NCBI GenBank assembly: GCA_934660865.1
Contig: CAKUIA010000002.1
Coordinates: 90,001-122,000 of the forward strand
Length of the DNA: 32,000 bases
Reading direction: 5' to 3'
Origin: an uncultured Opitutales bacterium
GTDB taxonomy: Bacteria > Verrucomicrobiota > Verrucomicrobiia > Opitutales > Intestinicryptomonadaceae
The translations under genes and the position numbers were made by a program. Positions 25,563 through 32,000 of this stretch are shown here, piece by piece. Numbering within the stretch: the stretch's first letter is position 1; every line of letters begins with the position of its first letter. Under the pieces are notes generated by a model that saw only the letters and a list, made by a program, of their open reading frames with translations, did not search any database and was not told the DNA's origin.

Positions 25563-26540
25563 CTATTTTAAGTCGACTTTTTTTACGCTTTGCCTGTACA
25601 GGAAAACCGCGGCGTTTTCCAGCGCATAGGCAATGTTCCCCAAAACGGGCACATCGCAAATTTTGGTTAAAAGCGGCAGTTTGCATTTGCCGTCTACCGC
25701 ACGCACAAAATCCCCAAAAGGATAGTTTTTGGGCATTAGCATTGCGCACAAACTCCTTAGCACCTTGTGCGTTTTTATTCCGAACAAAAATTTTGCAAGC
25801 GCGCTTTTTGCGGCGGCGCCTTTAAAATAGGCAATGTAGTTTGCCGAAATCTTTTCGGCATAGCCGCAATCGTTGGCGGCGTTTGTGTCCTGCCCGTTGT
25901 GTATTCTGTAGCGCAAAAGGTTTTTATCGGTAAACGAAATAGCCGTGCCCTTGCCCATGCACTCGCACACGAAAATTTTGTCGTATATTTTGCCCACGCA
26001 ATCGTCCCACCCGAAAACCTTTTTCCTTATATATTCGCTTTTGTATATTACGCTCGGATACGCCATTTTGCCCACGGCATACATAAAAAGGGTTAGCTCC
26101 AGTTTGTCTTTGCAAAAATAGGCTTTAGGATTCGGCTTTTCCCAATTTAGGGCGTTAATGTTTTCCGACAAAACGCCCCTTACGTCGCTCATAATCAAGT
26201 CTAAATCGGGGAATTTTTCAAGCGCTGTGTTTGAAAGGGCTATGTACGATTCGTGCAGAATGTCGTCGTCGTGAAAAAGCATAACGTAGGGCTTTTTTGC
26301 AAGCGAAACGGCCTTTTGCATATTGCCGTTGTAGCCCAGATTTTTTTCGTTTCGCACGTAAAAAACGTTGTCGAACTTTTCGGCCATTTCGGACATATAT
26401 TCGCACGTACCGTCGTCGCTAGCATTGTCTACAACCGTTACCTGCGTTTTTACAGTCTGCGCCAAAATGCTGTTTAGCGACTCCCTTAAAAAGCGTATCC
26501 TGTTGAAGGTAAGTATGAATACCTCTATTTTGTTTTCCAT
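25563..26540 (-). CDS. Glycosyltransferase family 2
   Basis: 325 aa. VFILTFNRIRFLRESLNSILAQT, TVVDNASDDGT and MLFHDDDIL are GT2 (GT-A) N-terminal motifs. Confidence 0.85.
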   Translation of the reverse strand: MENKIEVFILTFNRIRFLRESLNSILAQTVKTQVTVVDNASDDGTCEYMSEMAEKFDNVFYVRNEKNLGYNGNMQKAVSLAKKPYVMLFHDDDILHESYIALSNTALEKFPDLDLIMSDVRGVLSENINALNWEKPNPKAYFCKDKLELTLFMYAVGKMAYPSVIYKSEYIRKKVFGWDDCVGKIYDKIFVCECMGKGTAISFTDKNLLRYRIHNGQDTNAANDCGYAEKISANYIAYFKGAAAKSALAKFLFGIKTHKVLRSLCAMLMPKNYPFGDFVRAVDGKCKLPLLTKICDVPVLGNIAYALENAAVFLYRQSVKKVDLK

Positions 26541-26548
26541 AACGGCTT

Positions 26549-27538
26549 CTACATAAATGTTCTAGACCAAAAGTACGGCTTAAACAAAAACTGCGGGTTT
26601 CTTTTTAAGGCCTTTAAATACAGCGTTAACCTGGCCGCAATTTTGCCCCTGCGGTTTTGCGCGTAAAACTTTTGCAATTCGTCGGGCCGCATTTTCCAAG
26701 GCGTTTGCTGCAAATATGTTATAAACTTTTCCTGCATGGGGTGCAGCGCGCCAAGCCCCGCAACCCACGGCTTTACCTCGCCGAAAAAGTGTATTATAAC
26801 GGGGGCTTTCAACGCCTCTTTATACTGCCTTAAATCGGCAAAGTAGCACGATTCGAACGCAAAGCGCGGAACATACTGGAAGTTGTATTTTAGGTGTATT
26901 ATTTTCGTCTTTGCGCCGAACAAAATGTTTAGAATGTTTTGGTCCAGCAGCCACGCCCTGCTGGGGTCTTGTTCGATATAGTCGAAAAATTGTTCGCAAA
27001 GGGCGTTTTCGCGCCAATATTCGCAATTTATAAGGCATACGCCCGAATTAAAATAGGGCTGGTTTTTCGGTAGCCCATATTTTTTGCCGAGCTTTTTGTA
27101 GATATTGTCCTTGACGGCCGCAAGCGCAAAGCCGCTTAAATCTTCGGCAAATAAATCCCCAAGCGAGGCGTTTGCAATCACGTCGCAATCCAAATACAGA
27201 ACTTTTTTAGACTGTATAAGTTGCGGAATTTTAAACCTATACCAAACGGGCTGGTGCCCGTAGTCGGGAAAGCCCCTGAATTCATCGCCGCCTATAAGGT
27301 GCAACTTTACCGAAAAGTTCTCTTTTTTCGACTTAAGGCTTTGCAGCATTTGCAGCGATTTTTGCGGCAAGTCGGCATTGTGCAGAATGTGGAAAACAAA
27401 ACTTTCGCCCGATTTTGCGGTGTCTGAAATCGAAACCATTGCGGCGGCGCAGCAACGCGCGTAATTTTCGTCGGGGGCAAAGCAAATGTCGTATGTATTC
27501 ATATATCTACAAAAACGGGCATTTCGAACATTTTGCAT
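26549..27538 (-). CDS. Glycosyltransferase family 8 (second, divergent paralogue)
   Basis: ICFAPDENYA, LYLDCDVIANASLGDLF and YFNSGVCLIN. ATG 27502 (MNTYDICF...) is an alternative start. Confidence 0.8.
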   Translation of the reverse strand: MQNVRNARFCRYMNTYDICFAPDENYARCCAAAMVSISDTAKSGESFVFHILHNADLPQKSLQMLQSLKSKKENFSVKLHLIGGDEFRGFPDYGHQPVWYRFKIPQLIQSKKVLYLDCDVIANASLGDLFAEDLSGFALAAVKDNIYKKLGKKYGLPKNQPYFNSGVCLINCEYWRENALCEQFFDYIEQDPSRAWLLDQNILNILFGAKTKIIHLKYNFQYVPRFAFESCYFADLRQYKEALKAPVIIHFFGEVKPWVAGLGALHPMQEKFITYLQQTPWKMRPDELQKFYAQNRRGKIAARLTLYLKALKRNPQFLFKPYFWSRTFM

Positions 27539-27664
27539 GCAGTAAACGCCTTCCGAAAAGCGCCAGTTTAGGAAATTTCTACCAATTATTAAAAAGCCCT
27601 GTCAAGAGCGCATTTCCCTTATTTTTTTGTTGAACAACTCTAACAATTAAATTGAATTTGTAAT

Positions 27665-28444
27665 ATGAAAGTACTTATTTTGGCAGGCGGTTTGGGAACG
27701 AGACTTACCGAAGAAACGGGAGTAAGGCCCAAGCCCATGGTTGAGATAGGCGGCAAGCCCATTCTCTGGCATATAATGAAAATGTATTCGTTCTACGGGT
27801 TTAACGACTTTGTGGTTCTTACCGGATACAAATCGCACGTTATAAAGGATTTTTTTATAAACTACGCCTACCGCTATTCCGACCTTACCGTAGACTTGGC
27901 AAGCAACGCCGTGCAGGTGCATAAAACGCGCACCGAACCCTGGAAAATCTCCATTCTATATACGGGCGAAAAGACAATGACCGGCGGCAGAATAAAGCAG
28001 GCCAAAAAGTATGTGGAAAACGAGCGCTTTTTGCTGACCTACGGCGACGGCGTTTCCGACATAAACATAAAAGAGCTTATAGAATTTCACGATAAAAGCA
28101 AAAGCGTTGCAACGCTTACGGCGGTGCGCCCAACGGGCAGGTTCGGCGTTTTGGACATTGCCGACAACGGAACGGTAAACACATTTAGGGAAAAGAACGA
28201 GGGCGACACTTCGTGGATAAACGGCGGGTTTTTTGTTTGCGAGCCCGAAATTTTCGACTACATACCCGACGGCGACGATGCGGTTTTCGAGCGCAAGCCG
28301 CTTGAGACTTTGGCGGCAAAAAAACAGCTGACGGCATACAAACACAAGGGCTTTTGGCGGCCTATGGACACTTTGCGCGACAAGATGGAACTAAACGGCC
28401 TGTGGGAAAGCGGCGAAGCTCCGTGGGCAAACTGGCTTAAATAA
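27665..28444 (+). CDS. rfbF: Glucose-1-phosphate cytidylyltransferase
   Basis: 259 aa. MKVLILAGGLGTRLTEETGVRPKPMVEIGGKPILWHIMKMYSFYGFNDFVVLTGYK is near-identical in pattern to RfbF/DdhA. Confidence 0.9.
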   Translation: MKVLILAGGLGTRLTEETGVRPKPMVEIGGKPILWHIMKMYSFYGFNDFVVLTGYKSHVIKDFFINYAYRYSDLTVDLASNAVQVHKTRTEPWKISILYTGEKTMTGGRIKQAKKYVENERFLLTYGDGVSDINIKELIEFHDKSKSVATLTAVRPTGRFGVLDIADNGTVNTFREKNEGDTSWINGGFFVCEPEIFDYIPDGDDAVFERKPLETLAAKKQLTAYKHKGFWRPMDTLRDKMELNGLWESGEAPWANWLK

Positions 28445-29499
28445 TGGATTTTAACTTTTTTAAAGACAGGCGCATTTTAATTACGGGGCACAGCGGCTTT
28501 AAGGGCTGCTGGCTTTACACTTGGCTGAAGATTTTGGGCGCAAACGTATGCGGCTATTCGCTTAAGCCGAACACAACGCCCTCGATGTTCGAAGCAATAT
28601 ACGGGCAAGGCGACGGCAATTCTGTTTTTGCCGACATTTTAGACGAAAAAACGCTGGATAAAACTTTCGGCGAATTCAAGCCCGAAATAGTATTCCACCT
28701 GGCGGCGCAACCGCTTGTAAGGCTTTCGTACAAAGAACCTTTGAACACCTACAAGACAAACGTAATAGGCACGCTTAACGTTTTGCAAAGCGCGCTAAAC
28801 TGTGGCTCGGTTAAGGCCTTTGTAAACATAACAACCGACAAGTGCTACGAAAACGCCGAAAAGGGGCTGCCCTTTACCGAAAGCGAGCCCATGGGCGGCT
28901 ACGATATGTACTCGTCGTCGAAAGCGTGTTCGGAAATTTTGTCGGCGTCGTTTAGAAGGTCGTTTTTGGCCAACGGATACTTTTTGGCGACCGCAAGGGC
29001 GGGCAACGTTATAGGCGGCGGCGACTGGGCAAAAGACCGCCTTTTGCCTGACTGCATTCGCGCCTTTGTAGACGCAAAGGCCGTTGAAATCCGCAGCCCC
29101 GATTCGGTGCGCCCGTGGCAGCACGTTTTAGAGCCTTTGCACGGCTATATGGAGCTTGCACAAAAACTCTATAAATTCGGCAACAAATACGCCTCGGCCT
29201 ACAATTTCGGCCCCGAACCCGACGGAATTTTAAAGGTCGGCGATGTTGTTTCTTTGGCAAGGCAATATTTCGGCAAAGGCTCGGTTGTGATAAAAAAATG
29301 CGACACTTTGCACGAGGCCACCCTGCTTAGGCTCGACATAACAAAGGCAAAAACCGAGCTCGACTGGAGGCCCGTTTTCACCCCGCAGCAAGCCGTAAAA
29401 TTTGCGGTAGACTGGTATAGGGATTTCTACTCGGGCAAAGACGCGCTTGCGATTACAAAAAACCAAATAAAAGAATTTCAAAGCAAAATTTCGCTATAA
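28444..29499 (+). CDS. rfbG: CDP-glucose 4,6-dehydratase
   Basis: 351 aa. [61 protein letters not shown] and [10 protein letters not shown] match RfbG/DdhB. Its start overlaps the rfbF stop (TAATG). Confidence 0.9.
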   Translation: MDFNFFKDRRILITGHSGFKGCWLYTWLKILGANVCGYSLKPNTTPSMFEAIYGQGDGNSVFADILDEKTLDKTFGEFKPEIVFHLAAQPLVRLSYKEPLNTYKTNVIGTLNVLQSALNCGSVKAFVNITTDKCYENAEKGLPFTESEPMGGYDMYSSSKACSEILSASFRRSFLANGYFLATARAGNVIGGGDWAKDRLLPDCIRAFVDAKAVEIRSPDSVRPWQHVLEPLHGYMELAQKLYKFGNKYASAYNFGPEPDGILKVGDVVSLARQYFGKGSVVIKKCDTLHEATLLRLDITKAKTELDWRPVFTPQQAVKFAVDWYRDFYSGKDALAITKNQIKEFQSKISL

Positions 29500-30842
29500 T
29501 GGACAACGATAAAATCAGGGAACAAATTTTGGATTTGGCAAAGCAGTTTGCCGAAAACCTGCCCGAACGCACGTTCGGCTACATACCGCCTTCGGGCAAA
29601 GTGCTAGGGGCTAACGAGCTTGTGAATATGGTGCAGGCCTCGCTGGATATGTGGCTTACGGCGGGGCGCTTTAACGACCAATTCGAAAGCGAATTTGCAA
29701 AGACAAGCGGGCGCAAATATGCGATTTCGGCAAATTCGGGCTCCAGCGCAAACCTTTTGGCGCTAAGCACGCTAACCTCGCACAAGTTGGGCGACCGCGC
29801 GCTTAAAAAGGGCGACGAAGTTATAACCGTAGCCGCGGGCTTTCCCACAACGGTAAACCCCATTTTCCAAAACGGGCTTGTTCCCGTGTTTGTCGACAAC
29901 GAGCTGAAAAGCTACAATATCGACGCCGACAAAATCGAAGAGGCGCTTTCGCCCAAAACAAAGGCTGTTTTTGTGGCGCATACCCTGGGCAACCCCTTCG
30001 ACCTAAAAAAGATTGCCGACATCTGCAAAAAGCACAACCTTTGGCTTATAGAAGACACCTGCGACGCCCTCGGAGCCGAATACGACGGCAAAAAGGTTGG
30101 AACTTTCGGCGACTTGGCAACCTACAGTTTTTACCCCGCCCACCACATAACAATGGGCGAAGGCGGAGCCGTAAGCACCGACAACGCCCTTTTGCACCGC
30201 ATTGCAACATCGTTTAGAGACTGGGGACGCGACTGCTGGTGCCCGCCCGGCAAAGACAACACCTGCAAAAACCGCTTTAATATGAAGCTGGGCAAACTGC
30301 CCGCGGGCTACGACCACAAATACACCTATTCGCATATAGGCTACAACTTAAAGATTACCGACTGGCAGGCGGCGATAGGTTTGGCGCAGCTAAAAAGGCT
30401 GCCCGAATTTATAGAAAAGCGCACCAAAAACGCGCAGTTTTTGCTCGGCGAACTGGCCGACTTAAAAGACGTGCTTGTTTTGCCCGAATTTGAGGCGTGC
30501 GCAAAGCCCTCGTGGTTCGGATTTTTGATTTCGGTAAGGGAAAGCGCACCCTTTAAAAAATCGGAATTGGTGGAATTTATAGAGCAAAAAGGCATAGGCA
30601 CGCGCCAGCTTTTTGCGGGCAACATTTTAAGACAGCCAATGATAACCGAGTCGGACTGCGTTTTCAGGATAGGCAATTCGCCCCTAATGCACGCAAAAGA
30701 CCTAAGCGAAGACACCTACAAAAAGCTGCCAAACGCCGAATTTATAATGAACAATTCTTTCTGGATTGGGTGCTTCCCCGCCCTCGGTGAAAGCGAGCTT
30801 TTGCGCAGCGCGGCGGCGATAAGGGAATTTTGCAGAAGGTAG
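29499..30842 (+). CDS. rfbH: CDP-6-deoxy-L-threo-D-glycero-4-hexulose-3-dehydrase (E1; RfbH/DdhC, PMP-dependent DegT-type)
   Basis: 447 aa, colinear with Salmonella RfbH: [119 protein letters not shown]. Confidence 0.9.
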   Translation: MDNDKIREQILDLAKQFAENLPERTFGYIPPSGKVLGANELVNMVQASLDMWLTAGRFNDQFESEFAKTSGRKYAISANSGSSANLLALSTLTSHKLGDRALKKGDEVITVAAGFPTTVNPIFQNGLVPVFVDNELKSYNIDADKIEEALSPKTKAVFVAHTLGNPFDLKKIADICKKHNLWLIEDTCDALGAEYDGKKVGTFGDLATYSFYPAHHITMGEGGAVSTDNALLHRIATSFRDWGRDCWCPPGKDNTCKNRFNMKLGKLPAGYDHKYTYSHIGYNLKITDWQAAIGLAQLKRLPEFIEKRTKNAQFLLGELADLKDVLVLPEFEACAKPSWFGFLISVRESAPFKKSELVEFIEQKGIGTRQLFAGNILRQPMITESDCVFRIGNSPLMHAKDLSEDTYKKLPNAEFIMNNSFWIGCFPALGESELLRSAAAIREFCRR

Positions 30843-30867
30843 GCCGCACTTTCCGAAGCGAATCTGT

Positions 30868-31659
30868 ATGGACGAAAAACTTTTAAACATAAAAAAGAAT
30901 ATCGTGCGAATGGCGTCGTATTCGCATGCCTCGCATGTAGGGTCGGCATTGTCGGTTGTGGATATTTTATATACAATCTACACAAAAGTCGCCCGCATAG
31001 ACAAAAACAACATTTCGGCGCCGGTGCGCGACAGGGTGATTTTGTCGAAAGGCCACGCAAGCTCTGCAATGTATTCTGTTTTGGCGCAACTGGGCTTTAT
31101 ACCAAAAGAGTGGCTGGATAAATATTATGTGGACAACGGAATGTTGCCGGGACACCTGGACATGACAATTTCGCCCGCAATAGACTGTTCGTCGGGCTCG
31201 CTTGGGCACGGGGCTTGCATCGGGATAGGAATGGCGCTGGCAAACCCGAACTGCAATGTATATGTTGTTATGGGCGACGGCGAATTAAACGAAGGCTCGG
31301 TTTGGGAGGCTCTTGTTTTTTGCGGGGCCAGAAAGCTGAAAAACATAACTTTTGTTGTAGACAACAACAACCTGCAGGGCTTCGACAAGGCCGACGAAAT
31401 TGCCGACTATTCGCGCTTAAGCAGCGCCCTTTGCAACTTGGGGCTAGACAGCTTCGACATTTGCGGGCACAACCTTGCGGAAATAGAAAATGCGCTAAGG
31501 AAAAGCTCCGAAAAAACAAAGGTTGTTATTGCCCACACAACAAAGGGGCACGGGGTTTCCTATATGGAAAACGAGCTAAAATGGCACTACAAGTCGCCAA
31601 CCGAACAGGAATTGCAAACGGCGTATGAGGATTTGACAAATGAGAAAGACCTTTATTGA
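30868..31659 (+). CDS. Transketolase, N-terminal (ThDP/PP-domain) subunit of a split transketolase
   Basis: 263 aa. SHVGSALSVVDILYTIY, ILSKGHAS, GSLGHGACIGIGMA and the ThDP motif VVMGDGELNEGSVWEAL...VVDNNNLQ. Confidence 0.85.
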   Translation: MDEKLLNIKKNIVRMASYSHASHVGSALSVVDILYTIYTKVARIDKNNISAPVRDRVILSKGHASSAMYSVLAQLGFIPKEWLDKYYVDNGMLPGHLDMTISPAIDCSSGSLGHGACIGIGMALANPNCNVYVVMGDGELNEGSVWEALVFCGARKLKNITFVVDNNNLQGFDKADEIADYSRLSSALCNLGLDSFDICGHNLAEIENALRKSSEKTKVVIAHTTKGHGVSYMENELKWHYKSPTEQELQTAYEDLTNEKDLY

Positions 31660-32000
31660 CACCCTTATAGCCGAAGCCGAAACAAACCCCGACATTTGGC
31701 TGCTTACGGCCGATTTCGGTTTTGGCGTGTTGGAGCCTTTCAAACGGAAGTTCCCCGACAGATTTTTAAACACGGGCATTGCCGAGCAAAACACGGTGGG
31801 CATTGCGGCGGGCTTGGCCTTAAGCGGGAAAATACCCTATGTATATACGGCCATTCCATTTGTAAGCGCGCGTCCGTTCGAGCAAATTAAGGTAGACTGC
31901 GCCTATATGAACACAAACGTGAAACTTATAGGCGTAGGCGCGGGCTTTTCGTACGGGCCCGGAGGAGCAACACACCATTCAATAGAAGACATTGCAATTA
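31640..32000 (+). CDS. Transketolase, C-terminal (pyrimidine-binding) subunit; partial, runs off the right edge
   Basis: Not in the ORF track. ATG 31640 overlaps the upstream gene by 20 nt and reads MRKTFIDTLIAEAETNPDIWLLTADFGFGVLEPFKRKFPDRFLNTGIAEQNTVGIAAGLALSGKIPYVYTAIPF...GPGGATHHSIEDIAI, typical of TktC-like subunits. Confidence 0.8.
   Translation, partial: MRKTFIDTLIAEAETNPDIWLLTADFGFGVLEPFKRKFPDRFLNTGIAEQNTVGIAAGLALSGKIPYVYTAIPFVSARPFEQIKVDCAYMNTNVKLIGVGAGFSYGPGGATHHSIEDIAI

Noticed and set aside
1-32000. A search for tRNA/rRNA genes, CRISPR repeats, IS elements or terminal inverted repeats, integrases, toxin-antitoxin pairs and known defence-system signatures.
   Set aside because: I recognised none by eye. 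There is no T-loop GGTTCGAATCC-type sequence, no regularly spaced repeats and no transposase-, recombinase- or nuclease-like ORFs. A covariance-model or HMM scan would be needed to exclude small ncRNAs.

Overview
This 32-kb chromosomal window comes from an unidentified diderm, probably anaerobic bacterium. The signs are a pyruvate formate-lyase, lipoprotein signal peptides and a porin ending in a C-terminal Phe. I cannot assign a lineage from sequence alone.

The left half (1-16.2 kb) is mixed housekeeping and accessory content:
- the 5' part of pflB (edge-truncated, missing from the ORF track), a GH28 lipoprotein and a malic enzyme;
- a nitroreductase-DoxX-DUF4405 operon;
- a same-strand run of LysR, a split ThrE-type exporter and two membrane proteins;
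- an orphan 114-aa protein and a TorF/Gcw_chp-like porin with a sigma-54-like promoter motif;
- a metallothionein-like Cys/Lys-rich lipoprotein gene whose signal peptide and Cys-rich body lie in different frames;
- a dGTPase-like HD hydrolase, a proline-rich secreted protein, and an alkaline phosphatase plus YibE/F pair.

The right half (16.3-32 kb) is a surface-glycan locus with three nucleotide-sugar pathways:
- UDP-L-FucNAc (CapE/F/G = FnlA/B/C type, with an extra stand-alone cupin);
- GDP-L-fucose (manC-gmd-fcl);
- a CDP-4-keto-3,6-dideoxyhexose module (rfbF-rfbG-rfbH), followed directly by a split transketolase.

The locus also has four glycosyltransferases (two GT8, one GT2, one GT10-like). 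No flippase, polymerase or ABC exporter is visible in the window.

I saw no rRNA, tRNA, CRISPR array, IS element, integrase or recognisable defence system. The two most unusual items are the rfbFGH plus split-transketolase module (possible branched or chain-extended dideoxy sugar) and the frame-broken exported metallothionein-like gene. All functional calls come from remembered family motifs and by-eye alignment. No database search was run.
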